Assembly (NCBI RefSeq): GCF_001194135.2
Contig: NC_069008.1
Location: forward strand, 17,551,128 to 17,615,127
Direction of reading: 5' to 3'
DNA length: 64,000 nt
Source: Octopus bimaculoides
Lineage: Eukaryota
This document shows positions 40,501 through 54,743 of the stretch, piece after piece. Made by a program: the position numbers and the translations under genes. Under the pieces are notes generated by a model. The model was not told where the DNA came from and did not search any database. It saw only the letters and a list, made by a program, of their open reading frames with translations. The stretch's first letter is position 1. Each line of letters begins with the position of its first letter.

Positions 40501-42012
40501 NNNNNNNNNNNNNNNNNNNNNNNNNNNNNNNNNNNNNNNNNNNNNNNNNNNNNNNNNNNNNNNNNNNNNNNNNNNNNNNNNNNNNNNNNNNNNNNNNNNN
40601 NNNNNNNNNNNNNNNNNNNNNNNNNNNNNNNNNNNNNNNNNNNNNNNNNNNNNNNNNNNNNNNNNNNNNNNNNNNNNNNNNNNNNNNNNNNNNNNNNNNN
40701 NNNNNNNNNNNNNNNNNNNNNNNNNNNNNNNNNNNNNNNNNNNNNNNNNNNNNNNNNNNNNNNNNNNNNNNNNNNNNNNNNNNNNNNNNNNNNNNNNNNN
40801 NNNNNNNNNNNNNNNNNNNNNNNNNNNNNNNNNNNNNNNNNNNNNNNNNNNNNNNNNNNNNNNNNNNNGATAAATGCAAACCTAATTTAGTCAAAGACCA
40901 GCCAGGAAAGGAAGTAAGGGTTGGGGGCAGGATCATTTGTCCCCCTCACCTCCAAAAAAATAAAATAAACACGTGCAGCATTCCGAATTAAACAAACAAA
41001 AAGGAAAGGACTGATAATATGAAAAAATGATAAAATATAAGGTGGAAAAAAAAGATTTATCAAGTTCTTCTGATGAAGAAGATATATATATATATAGACA
41101 GATATATAGATATATACATATGTGTGTGAGTGTGTGCATATCTGATAAATCCCTCAGGTGAAACAAAATATATTTTGTCAGATTCAAAGTTATAGATTAA
41201 ATATATTGATAACTCGGACTTCTTGCTTTGAGTTCTGTATTCCAAATGGTCTAACAATGTCCCTTTGAACCTGTCACCTCCAATTGCACACATATGTATA
41301 CCTATATGTTATATATCTATGTACAAATGCACTCAATGCATTGTAGTAAAAATTTATTCTTTCATTCAAAGCTGAGATTGTCTCATTCTGTCTCCACTAA
41401 GAAGAATTTATCCTGTTTTCTTTCCTTCCCTTTTTTGGCACAATCAGTTAGTCAACTAGAAGGACTTCATAGGTTGGAAATGGAACAGAATCGACACAAT
41501 CTGTATATGGTATGGCTTTAGCTTTGAAGGAATTAGTTTCACTGGTGATGCCTTGTTTTGTTTAAACAAAGAGCCACCACTGTCAACAGAGTGAATTATT
41601 TTACAAACCTGCTGTATATGAGGATTATGGACGGAAAGAAATCAAAACAAAACATGTGAAAGGAGAAATATCCTGACAAATGTAAGTAGAGTTATATGTT
41701 CGATAAAGAAAGCATTTTGTGTCAGGGAGGAGTAAATAGTGGGTTGGAAGGGGAGTTCAAAATATTGGCAAAGGCAATGTGGAAATGAAAACAAGGAGAC
41801 GGGAATGGGATGTGGTGGTGGTGGTGGTTCTTCTGAACTTATTGTTTGGTTACATTAGATGCCATGCAACTAGAAAGGATGAGACATGGCCAAGGGGATA
41901 GGCACCTCCATTATTTTGTCAGTAGTAAGGATAAATGAGGTTAAATACATATATATATACAGAAATAATAAAGCCAAGACAGAATGAACTACATACACAC
42001 ACACACACACAC

Positions 42013-42068
<56 letters not shown>

Positions 42069-42998
42069 NNNNNNNNNNNNNNNNNNNNNNNNNNNNNNNN
42101 NNNNNNNNNNNNNNNNNNNNNNNNNNNNNNNNNNNNNNNNNNNNNNNNNNNNNNNNNNNNNNNNNNNNNNNNNNNNNNNNNNNNNNNNNNNNNNNNNNNN
42201 NNNNNNNNNNNNNNNNNNNNNNNNNNNNNNNNNNNNNNNNNNNNNNNNNNNNNNNNNNNNNNNNNNNNNNNNNNNNNNNNNNNNNNNNNNNNNNNNNNNN
42301 NNNNNNNNNNNNNNNNNNNNNNNNNNNNNNNNNNNNNNNNNNNNNNNNNNNNNNNNNNNNNNNNNNNNNNNNNNNNNNNNNNNNNNNNNNNNNNNNNNNN
42401 NNNNNNNNNNNNNNNNNNNNNNNNNNNNNNNNNNNNNNNNNNNNNNNNNNNNNNNNNNNNNNNNNNNNNNNNNNNNNNNNNNNNNNNNNNNNNNNNNNNN
42501 NNNNNNNNNNNNNNNNNNNNNNNNNNNNNNNNNNNNNNNNNNNNNNNNNNNNNNNNNNNNNNNNNNNNNNNNNNNNNNNNNNNNNNNNNNNNNNNNNNNN
42601 NNNNNNNNNNNNNNNNNNNNNNNNNNNNNNNNNNNNNNNNNNNNNNNNNNNNNNNNNNNNNNNNNNNNNNNNNNNNNNNNNNNNNNNNNNNNNNNNNNNN
42701 NNNNNNNNNNNNNNNNNNNNNNNNNNNNNNNNNNNNNNNNNNNNNNNNNNNNNNNNNNNNNNNNNNNNNNNNNNNNNNNNNNNNNNNNNNNNNNNNNNNN
42801 NNNNNNNNNNNNNNNNNNNNNNNNNNNNNNNNNNNNNNNNNNNNNNNNNNNNNNNNNNNNNNNNNNNNNNNNNNNNNNNNNNNNNNNNNNNNNNNNNNNN
42901 NNNNNNNNNNNNNNNNNNNNNNNNNNNNNNNNNNNNNNNNNNNNNNNNNNNNNNNNNNNNNNNNNNNNNNNNNNNNNNNNNNNNNNNNNNNNNNNNNN

Positions 42999-43036
<38 letters not shown>

Positions 43037-43945
43037 TAAATAACCATCTGCATTTATAAACAAAATTTAAAAAAAAAGCACTCAGAAAATTAAACTACTT
43101 TTTGGATTCTCAACCATAATTCCAAAGTGTCACTTCAATCTATGTATCTATCTACATATATATACACATAACTATATATGCATATGTGTGTGTGTGTGTG
43201 TGTGTGTATACGCACACATATGCATGCATGCTCTAGAAATATTGAAGCCATAACTTAAAGAAGCCAAGCATGTTGTCCAGTTATGTGCAACATTATTTTT
43301 TTGTCTTTGATTTTTAAAAAAATATTTTTCCTTTACCCCCCAGCAGGAAAATAAACTTTTGCCCTACAACCTCTGAGGGAAAATATATAGCAGGTATGGA
43401 TGAATTATATTTTAGAATAATGTGGAGAATAAAATGGCAAGTATTTTATATCTTTAAGGTAAAAAACTGCAGAGAGGATGGTTGGTTCAGAGCAATTTGT
43501 GAGGAGCGGGGATTGAACCAGTACATCTTATAAGGGGGATTGATTTTAATAAATCTGATAGGGGACATGACTCAGCATATATGGGACATAATAATCCAGC
43601 ACACTTGGGAAGGGTTCAGTTCATAAGAGGTTAACTATTCAGTAATAAATTTACATACAGCCTTTTGAAGAAAAAAAAAAAACTAATAAAAATCCGCCAC
43701 AAAGCTTTACATGGTTACAAATTAATGTTCATGATAAGTCTATAAATACAAGAATTGGTCCCTGAAAACATTGGAAATTATGTAAAATATATTGGGTGTG
43801 TATGTGTGCATATTTAGAAGTACAAAGAAAAAGAGTACTCAATACAGAGAATAGAGTATGTTTGTTGTAGGGAGGGAATCACCAGCTCCAAATAAATTGA
43901 CAATATTATAAGAATTTGCAAACACCAGAGGGAGCCTGTGTCAAA

Positions 43946-43998
<53 letters not shown>

Positions 43999-44970
43999 NN
44001 NNNNNNNNNNNNNNNNNNNNNNNNNNNNNNNNNNNNNNNNNNNNNNNNNNNNNNNNNNNNNTATATATGTATCTCACATGATCGACCAGACAATTGGATG
44101 GTGTTATATACACTGCTGGTCACAATGCACTTTCGAAAGATGCCATCTTGCTAGCTTGGCAAGCAGGCCAATATTCCCCTGATCAGAGGGTTACTTTGTC
44201 ATCGGGTTACTCATTTACAACCAAGTGGACTGAAGCAACATGAAATAAAGTGTTTTGCTCCAGAACACAATATACCACTTGATCTGAGAACCAATCTCAC
44301 AACCTAGCAAATTACGAATGCAACAGCCTAACCCCTAGACCAAGCACCTTCACAATATATTAAATATACTTTTCTCTATTTACCTTTATCTATTTTATTG
44401 ATTGCCAAATCGTATCATCTTAGTAATTTTATTCTATTATCTTAGTTAGAAATATTAAGAAACGAGTTATGCGACTGGCCAGAGTAACAAAATCCTATGA
44501 ATCAATGAGAAAGGAGTGATATCAGAGCTACAATAATTAATTACACTAATTCGGTATTGAGTACTTCTTCTTGTCAGTAAACTCAAACATCTATGTATGT
44601 GTTTATATATATATATATATAAAATGGCATTTTTATATAAGCTTAAAGCTTATGGCGATCACCGTGCAGTGACTAAAGAAAATAGTCTAATAATGGGGCA
44701 CATAAGCCCTCGACAAAAAAAAGGCTTTCTCAGTCGCATTAAAGGGATGCGGGTTCGTGTCTCACGCTGATAGGAAAGCCTTTATTCTGTCGAGGGCTTA
44801 TATGCCCTGTTACTAGACTATTTTCCTTAGCCATAAGCTTTAAGCTGATATAAAAATACCATTATTATTATTTACATGATTGTAAAACACAGCACCATAT
44901 AACAAAACCATTCGCACCGAAAGCATGTGTGTATATATATCTATATATATATATATATATATATATACAT

Positions 44971-45005
<35 letters not shown>

Positions 45006-46941
45006 GGACAAGGGAGTAGCCAGAAGTTTGGATAATTTATTTAGTGCTTTCATTTTGTTTCCAAGAATCATCAGAAATGGTGATTCTCTGAAACAAGAAA
45101 AAAGCGTTAAAGAATTATCCAAAATTCTGACTACTTCCTTTTCGTTTATAGAAATAAAATCTGTACACCTCTTCAAACAATCATACATACATACATATAC
45201 ATATATACACACACACACACACACATATACACACATGCAGATGTGTGTGTTTAGAGCAATGTTGAGTCAGAAAGGGAGTAAATATATAAGGGTGTGTATG
45301 TGCATGTATTATGTGTGTGTGTGTGTGTGTGTTCATATGTGTGTGCGTGTGTGTGTGCATGTATGTATATGTTGGATGGTAGTGGTGGTGGTGGTGGTGG
45401 TGGTGGTGTGTGAATAGAAAANNNNNNNNNNNNNNNNNNNNNNNNNNNNNNNNNNNNNNNNNNNNNNNNNNNNNNNNNNNNNNNNNNNNNNNNNNNNNNN
45501 NNNNNNNNNNNNNNNNNNNNNNNNNNNNNNNNNNNNNNNNNNNNNNNNNNNNNNNNNNNNNNNNNNNNNNNNNNNNNNNNNNNNNNNNNNNNNNNNNNNN
45601 NNNNNNNNNNNNNNNNNNNNNNNNNNNNNNNNNNNNNNNNNNNNNNNNNNNNNNNNNNNNNNNNNNNNNNNNNNNNNNNNNAATCAGAACACAAAGGAAG
45701 GAAGGAAGGAAGGAAAAAAACCCCAGAACAAAACATATAAAAATAAATGAACAACAACTTATTACACCTGAAGATGATAAAACACGCACATGTAGGTGTG
45801 TGAGTGTGTGTGTGTGTGTGTGTATATATGTGTGTGTGTGTGTGTGTGCAGTGTTACATCAACAGTGCAACATTATATGCACAGAAGAAACAGCAGCAGC
45901 AGCAACAACAACAAATTAAAACTACTAATTAGGCAGAAGATATAACGATGCAATTAGATTCAACAAACCAACGTTGGGAACAGGGTATGTGTGGGAGGGG
46001 GAGACAGGGAGGGCATGTATGGTGGGAGCGGGAATAAAAATAAAACACAAAAAACCCCACAAAAATTTTAAAAAAACAACAAAACTGCGACAGTAATGAT
46101 AGTAATTTTGGAGAGGCACAAACCCCCTCCACCACCTCCCACCAATTGTGGGTGTGGTCGAGAACAATCACTTATCGTGCCACAGTATATGACTGGTATT
46201 CTGGGTTACTGACTGCTGGAAGGATAAAGAGGTGAAGTTTGCCTTAGGAGGATTTGAACTCAGAGCAACAAGGAATGTCGTTAAACATTTTGTCCAATGT
46301 GCTAATGGTTCTGCCATCTTGTCCCTTAGAATAATCCTTTCTCCTAAAGGCACATCGACCCCAGTGTTTTACTGGTACTTAATTTATCGACCCCGAAAGG
46401 ATGAAAGGCAAAGTCAACCTCGGCAGAATTTGAACTCAGAACATAGCAATGGGCAAAATACTGCTAAGCGTTTTGTCCAACGTGCTAGCCTTAATAACAA
46501 TAATTTTTTCTACTCCAGGCACAAGGCCCCAAATGTTTGGGGGAGGGGGCCAGTCGATTAGATCGACCCCAGTATGCAACTGGTACTTAATTTACCGACT
46601 CCGAAAGGACGAAAGGCAAAGCCAACCTCGGTGGAATTTGAACTCAGAACATAAGGACAGACGAAACACCGCTAAGCATTTCGCCCGGTAGCTCACCGCT
46701 TTGAATAATAATAAAAATAATAATAATAATCCTTTCTATTATAGGCCCAAGGGAGGAAATTTTGGAGGAGGGGACTCGTCGATTACATTGACCCCAGAAT
46801 TTCACTGTCACTCATTTCATCATCTCCGAAAGGATGAAAGGCAGAGATGACCTTGGCAGAATTTGAACTCAGAACGCAGCGATGGGCAAAATACCACAAA
46901 GCATCTTGTCCAACGTGCTAACAACTCTGCCAACTCACTGC

Positions 46942-46990
<49 letters not shown>

Positions 46991-48546
46991 GCACAAATGA
47001 GGGTGGTTGTAATAGCAATGGTATTAACTAGTAGTAGTAGTAGTAGTATCAAAAGACAATTTTGTACATACAGAAAAAATAAAATTACAAAACAAAATAA
47101 AAATTATAGGAACAAAAAAAAGCAAAAACTAAGAAAAAAGCCAAAAAAAAAAATGCCGGCGATGCCATGACAACTAACGATGGTATCTCCTCCATTACTG
47201 TTGCTGGTTGGTAGTAGTGGTGGTGGTTGTAGTGGTGGTGGTGGTTGTAGTGGTGGTGGTGGTTGTAGTGGTGGTGGTNNNNNNNNNNNNNNNNNNNNNN
47301 NNNNNNNNNNNNNNNNNNNNNNNNNNNNNNNNNNNNNNNNNNNNNNNNNNNNNNNNNNNNNNNNNNNNNNNNNNNNNNNNNNNNNNNNNNNNNNNNNNNN
47401 NNNNNNNNNNNNNNNNNNNNNNNNNNNNNNNNNNNNNNNNNNNNNNNNNNNNNNNNNNNNNNNNNNNNNNNNNNNNNNNNNNNNNNNNNNNNNNNNNNNN
47501 NNNNNNNNNNNNNNNNNNNNNNNNNNNNNNNNNNNNNNNNNNNNNNNNNNNNNNNNNNAGTGGTGGTAACTTAATTAGATCCCTGCACCCTGCCACTCGG
47601 CCAAGCGCTTGTGGGAGCGTGACAGTTGCTTCTTTCTTTGTTTCCGAAGTGTTGAGGGTACATGAAGAGGATTGGGGGGGTGGGTCTGTTGTTCACGGCG
47701 TTTCTAAGTCTCTTTGATTGGGATTTTAACAATGTATCTACCCTTCGGACAGTTTCATTGAATCTACAGCTGCAGGAGGAGGTCGATGTGTAGTGGTGGG
47801 GGGAAGAAGGAATTGCAGATTCACAACATCTTCAGAGGTTAACAATGTTACCCATTGGAGATATCCGTGGACGCAGTAGTTATGGGTAAGGCCTGGATCA
47901 GTGAAGGTCAGTGAAGTATGGACTTCTGGATCATCTAACCAAGATTAGCACACATGCACCCACATACTCATAATATATATATGTAGATATAATTTAATGT
48001 CCAAAATATAAAGACAGGAGCTACCAATAGTTTCATGCAAGATGCTGATCCAGGCAGATTTTTCTAACATACATTATGTCTCCAAGCAATTTTTAGGCTC
48101 TGAGCACATGGTCTCAGAGACCGAAGATTGCTTGGAGACAAAGCATGTTATAAGAACCTGCCTAGACTAGTGTCTTCACAGCAAGAAACTATTAGCAGTT
48201 TGTATCCTTATATTATGTAAATCAAATGATATTTACCTATCACTAGACAGAATACAGTAAACTAGCTCTCTATCTATCTCTTTTCATCTATCTATCTATC
48301 TATCTATATATATATTAGAGAGAGAGAGAAAGAGTGAGAAAGAGAGCATGGATACAAACCTTACAAACAGCTTCCTGTTTCACTGTGTATGTACCAACAT
48401 CTTCAGAGATAAGCATTTAACTTCTGAAGATATCTGTGCATAGACAGTGTAGCATGGTTGTGGCTATTTGTAGAATACTTGCAGTGTATAAAGAAATAAT
48501 CTATACATTGCAGTGTGTGTGTGTGTATATACACACACACACAGAC

Positions 48547-48606
<60 letters not shown>

Positions 48607-49473
48607 CATTCATTTTGTGAAACTATATACCGTTTCGACTGAAAGAGGCAGGGTACTGATTAAAGTTTTATCTAGTGACCAGCTACAGAACAAAACTTAA
48701 ATCAGTACTCAGCACTTTGAGTTTTAATAAATCTATCTTAAACTCTTTGCTTTAGCTAACTACTTGCATACTTTATTTAAGATAAAGATTTAAACTCAGA
48801 TGAATAAATCCAGTTTTGTATCTAAAATATTCTCTCTGTGTGGCTGAAATCAAACATGCTTTAACTAGACGATTCCATAAACACTGCTATGCCGGTTTCC
48901 TCTGTTGGTCATTTGAGCTTTCGTTAGAAAACATGCAATTTTCTAATCAAATTCCCAAATGGTTGGCTGACTGACGAAACTTTAGGTGCAATGTTTGTGG
49001 AAACTGTAAGGTTTGACCTGTTTAGTTTCAGCTGAACAAATTAAATTATATACATTCTACTTCCTGTACAGTGTGTATATATTTCTCCTTGCACACTTTA
49101 TAACTCAGTGCATGTGTGTGTGTGTGTGTGTGTGCATGCGCGCTTGATGATTTAATCATGTTAAACACACTTTGCTGGTTCAACTCACTGCAAGAGGAAT
49201 GGATAACTCTGTTTCTAGTTGGGCAAAGTGTTTCTGTGTGTATGTATACCCCAATAATACGCTAGGGACAGCAGGGCTTCTGGTCAAACCCTATCAGGAA
49301 AATTACCTCCCATAGGACAATTGCCCCTGACAATTACCCCATCTCTAATATATTAAGAAGTTTTGAATCATCATCTGTTGTCCTCAGGGGTAATTGTCCA
49401 TGGGGTGGGAGGTAAATGTCCTAGACTTGGTCAAACAGCTATTACGGGGTAGAAGAGTAGGAGCAGAGGAAAC

Positions 49474-49524
<51 letters not shown>

Positions 49525-49647
49525 GGGGGAGGGTCGGGGAGCATTCAAGCAGTTTCCACCAGCAACAGTAGTGAAAGGAAAAGAGAGAAGAAAAGAAAAA
49601 AAGAAATGAATGATGCTGAAGCTAATGATGTCCAATGAGGAGTAGTA

Positions 49648-49686
<39 letters not shown>

Positions 49687-52600
49687 ATAATAATAATAAC
49701 TGGCACTGCTTAATGATTTTATATATACATATATACACATACATATATATACGTATGTCTGCATGTATATGATTATACGCGTATATAAAGACATATATAT
49801 GAGACACAAACACACACATATATATATGCACATACATGTATATATATATTTTTTATTTTATTTATATTTTGGATAGCGTCAATCTTGTCATGCCATTGCA
49901 AAAGAAATAGGATACCCGACCTCTGCAGCAGAAGCAACGACGCCAGAGATCTGAAATATCAGGGGTGTATACAGATATATATATTATACATCATCAGTGC
50001 ATGTCTATTCATATATATATATATACAAATATATATATGATATTTAAAAAAAAAAAAAAGAAAAAGTCATTGTTGATGTGGATTCCATGAAATATGGTAA
50101 AGAATGCCAGATGGTTGCACCAAAGGGGAAAAAATGAAGAACACAGTAAAACATGTAAAACACAGTTTGGGAGAAGCAAGTTACATGAAGACTTAAGCAG
50201 ATATGAGATGGGGGATGGGACACAGAGGAATACATGAGGAAATGATAAAAATAGCAGCCAAATCTCCCTCAAACCACACCCTTTTGTCTAATGTATGTCT
50301 CTATGTATGTATGTATGGGCCAATGAGGGAGACTCCTACAAGGTAGCTAGACTTTGCAGAAACAGTGGCTGAATCTCTCTGAAATCGCACCCTAAAGTTC
50401 TATGTATATATGTATGAGCCAGATGAGAGAAATAGCAGCTAAATCTCCCTCTAATCACACTCAACTGTCTTATGTATATATATATGTGTCAGCTAATGAG
50501 GGAGATCTCTACCCAGAGCAGATAGAAATAGCAGCCAAATTTCCCTCAAATCATACCTTATTGTCTTGTGTGTGTGTGCTATGACAAATATAAACCAGTA
50601 AGGGAAACTTCTATATGGTAGATAGACTTGGTAGAAACAGCAGTGAAATGCCCCTCAAATCATACCCTATGTATAAGTCAATGAAGGAGACCTCTAGAAG
50701 GTAGTTAGACTGGGTAGAAATAGCAGCCAAATCTCCCTAGAAGTATGTATTTTATATGTGCTCGGCCAAATAGCCAAGTCAAAACCTCTGTGGAGGCATT
50801 TTTAGAAAGAAGGAAATACAAAAGACAGTTTTGTAAGGGAATATGGTTTAAAGAAGGCCGATGGGATAGAAGGGACTGGAGCAGTGGGTACGGGGTAAAA
50901 CTGCAAATGATGTAAGGTGGTGGTGGTGGAGGGGGGTGGGGGTGTGACAGCTGATGGATGAGAAGAAAGATGTGGAGGCCAGAACAGGGGTAAACATGAT
51001 ACACACATGGCAGTCGTTAACATTTAAGGCAGTTTTGAGTGGTGAAGATGGAATGTGGGGTGTGAGTGAAAAGAGTTGGAGTGAAGGCGTTCAAAAGATG
51101 GCTGCTGAAAAAAAAAATAACAACAAAAAAGGCAAAAAATTTGAACAAAAAAAAACAAAATGGAAGTTGAAATTTGAACGGAAAAAGTCAAAATAAAACA
51201 AGTGTTGAATGCAAAGGAAATAGTGGAGTGGAGTATGGCCCTGAGTGAATGCTGTCCAGAGAGTTTAACTCAGAGCAGAGTATAACTCAAAGTGGACTGT
51301 AGTTTGGAGTGAAGTGACCTTGGGGTGGAGTGTAACCTAGAAAGGAGTGTAACCTGGAGCAGAGTGCAGTACAGGGTGGAGAACTCAGATGGAGTGAGGC
51401 GCAAGATGGAGCCTTGAGTCCAGATGGAGTGGAGCTCAGATGGAGTAAGGCTCAATGTGGAATCTAGAGTCCAGATGGAGTGGAGCTTTAATGGAGTAAG
51501 GCTCAAGGTGGAGCCTAGACTCCAGATGGAGTGGAACTTTAATGGAGTAAGGCTCAAGGTGGAGCCTAGACTCCAGATGGAGTGGAGCTTTAATGGAGTA
51601 AGGCTCAAGGTGGAGCCTAGACTCCAGATGGAGTGGAACTCAGATGGAATGAGACTCAAAGTGAAGCTTGGAGTCCAGATATACGGTGTAGCAAAGAATG
51701 AAAGCCAAAACGGCAGAGAAAAGGTAAAACAGTCGAGCATGGAACTAGAGTGTAGGTTGGAGTGGGCATGGTGGGAGGGGCACTGATATTTCCCTAATGT
51801 AGCCGTGTGTCTTTTCTTTCTTTCTTTCTTCCCTTTAGGTAATGTCCTTCTCGTAGAGAGAGACACACAGACAGACAGATGTGCCATTAACATCACAACA
51901 CACACACACCAACACCAGACAGTTCAATAAATTGCTGAGGACAGGCGTTAAAATTACAGGTGATGGTACAAGAAATTGGTAGAAATAGCAGCCAAATCTC
52001 CCTCAAATCACACCCTACTCTCTCATCTATGTATATATGTATGTATGAGCCAATGAGGGAGGCCTCTGCATGGTAGCTGGACCTGCTAGAAATAGCAACC
52101 AAATCTCCCCCAAATCACACCCTACTCTCTTATCTATGTATATATGTAAGTATCAGCCAATGAGGGAGTCCTCCACGTGGCAACTAGACCTGCTAGAAAT
52201 AGCAGCCGAATCTCCCTCAAATCACACCCTACTCTTATCTATGTATATATGTAAGTATGAGCCAATGAGGGAGACCGCCACGTGGCAACTAGACCTGCTA
52301 GAAATAGCAGCCAAATCTCCCTCAAATCATACCCTGCTCTCTTATCTATGTATATATGTAAGTATGAGCCAATGAGGGAGACCTCCACGTGGCAACTAGA
52401 CCTGCTAGAAATAGCAGCCAAATCTCCCTCAAATCACACCCTACTCTCTTATCTATGTATATATGTAAGTATGAGCCAATGAGGGCACCCGCACCAGGAC
52501 ATTTTATGCTTCAACATTCAAAACCAGAACCATGTGAATGACAAGTTTAAATAAACATTTTATTTTCTACTCCTTCTCTTTCTCTTAGTTCAATAATCCC

Positions 52601-53258
52601 TCTTTTCGTCTTTCATTCTCTCGTGATTTTTCTCACCTCACTCTCACCTGCTTCTCTTCCTCCTTTTAATCCTTTTTCCTTCTCCTTCTCTCATGTTTCT
52701 CCTACTACTTCCTGCCCACATTTGGAACTCCCGTTGTCTCCCTTTTTGTGTTCCCATCATTTGCAGCCAGTTGCTCAGAAATAAACAATGAAAAACTTTG
52801 TCTTCTGTTTCTTTCTGTCAACTTTTCACTGAAATAGTACCATCCAAAACTTTGGATACTTTACCCTCCATGGCAATTTCCCTGTTACCTTTCCAGATAA
52901 TGCAAATTTTACCAACACAGACCTTCAGTCACCTCTGATTCCATTTTATCCAACATCCAGAGATTGGCACAACAATTTCTATCATCGCACAACCCTAATA
53001 CATACATTTTAAACACACACACACAAAGGCATGTAGACGAACTCCATGGGGCCATTTCAGCCAGGATAGCATTTTTTATTATCTTCCTTACCAATTTTCT
53101 TTGACTTTTCCTCCTCTTTCTTCCTAATCCACACCCAATTCTGAAAGATCATGTCCAAAACATCCCCCAACAATGTTCTTCATTTCTTCAAACTAATTAT
53201 TTTAATCATAAATTTATCCTGTTTTCACTTTTATGTATGCATGTACTTATAATTATAA

Positions 53259-53298
<40 letters not shown>

Positions 53299-53922
53299 CA
53301 TTTAACATACACAATTAAAAAAAGAGCTGCTATTAGTTTCATGCTTTAAGATACATAAAATTGGCAGATTTATATAACATGCCTTGTGTCTCCAATCAAA
53401 CCTTTAAGCTCAATACACATTATATAAATCTGCCGAGTTGTGCTTCCATGGCATGAAACTATTAATAGCTTATATCTAGATATTGCATATATTAAATCTC
53501 TCACTGGATGGAGTACCTTATTTTAGTTGATCCTACTTATGATAGAACTACGAACTATATATACAGGGTGATTCAAAAATTAATTGTTTTATAAGAAATG
53601 GTTAAATTAAAAAAAAAACTGTTTCTTATAAAAAATAAATTGTTCTTATGTTATGGCGACTTTTAAATCACCCTGTATATATGTGTGTATATCATCATCA
53701 TTTAATGCCTGTTTTCCATGCTGGCATGGGTTGAACAGTTTGACTAGACAGGGCAAACCACAAGACTGCATTAAGTTCCATTTTCTGTCATGTATTTTTT
53801 TTAAGGCCAGATGCCATGCCTAAAGCCAAGTATTTCGAAGAATGGACAGGATGTAAAATATATATATATATATTTGTATTTATGTATATATGTGTACACA
53901 TATGTATGTATATGCTTGTTTG

Positions 53923-53954
<32 letters not shown>

Positions 53955-54705
53955 GGAGTGTAAGTGTGTATATAATGTTCAAACATTACTTTTGTTAATA
54001 CATGAGGGAGTATTCAGTACATGGTAAAGAGTATATGATTTGTTTTAACTGGATTCCTTCCTTATGAGTCAATTTTCATGTCACGACATTGCCAGGCAAC
54101 AAATTGACCAAGAATCAAGCCCGACAAACACTGTAACACGAAACTCTGTGAGAAAGGAATCCAAACTGAACAGTAAGTTGCAAAACTACATAAGTGACTC
54201 TAGAATTTAAGGTTTCCTGCGAATGCACTTCTCAAAGTTCCACAAAAGTGCACTGGCAGGAAACCTGAGTTGCTTAAGCTACTAATAAATGGCATATGCA
54301 TTCTGCTTTATGCATTGAGTTTATTTTTCCCACCTGTAAAAGCAAACCTTTAAAAATATAATTCAATTAGCTGGAATGAAACCGCCTAATGCTGTCCGTT
54401 TCAATGAGGTACGACCACCTGTTTCCTCAGGTGGGGCATTTCGGTAAGTGACATCCAAAAAACAAATAAAATGGCAGGTGGAATAGAGTCTTCTGATTGG
54501 TCAGCATAAATCTTACAGTCACCAGCCTGTGACCATGTTGGAGGACTGCCTTCAAGAGTTTTGCTGATCTTTGTCGAGTAGATACCTTATCAAACTTCAT
54601 TTGATGAACTGTTATGTTACAGAACATAAACACCACCAGGTTTCACAGAGAATAAACAAAGAACACACAGACACACAAAGATATATGTGTGTATATATGT
54701 ATGTA

Positions 54706-54743
<38 letters not shown>

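Noticed and set aside
41060-41293. Minus [22 protein letters not shown]...
   Set aside because: No homology recognised; the context resembles a decayed transposon end flanked by microsatellites.
45920-45990. Plus-strand exon-like segment [18 protein letters not shown] with a gtatgt donor
   Set aside because: Very weak acceptor and no supporting neighbouring exons.
690-47717. Long ORFs in the track made largely of X
   Set aside because: They are open only because N runs contain no stop codons.
51980-52484. CRISPR-like appearance of regularly spaced repeats
   Set aside because: Whole units repeat with no unique spacers, the context is eukaryotic, and there are no cas genes.
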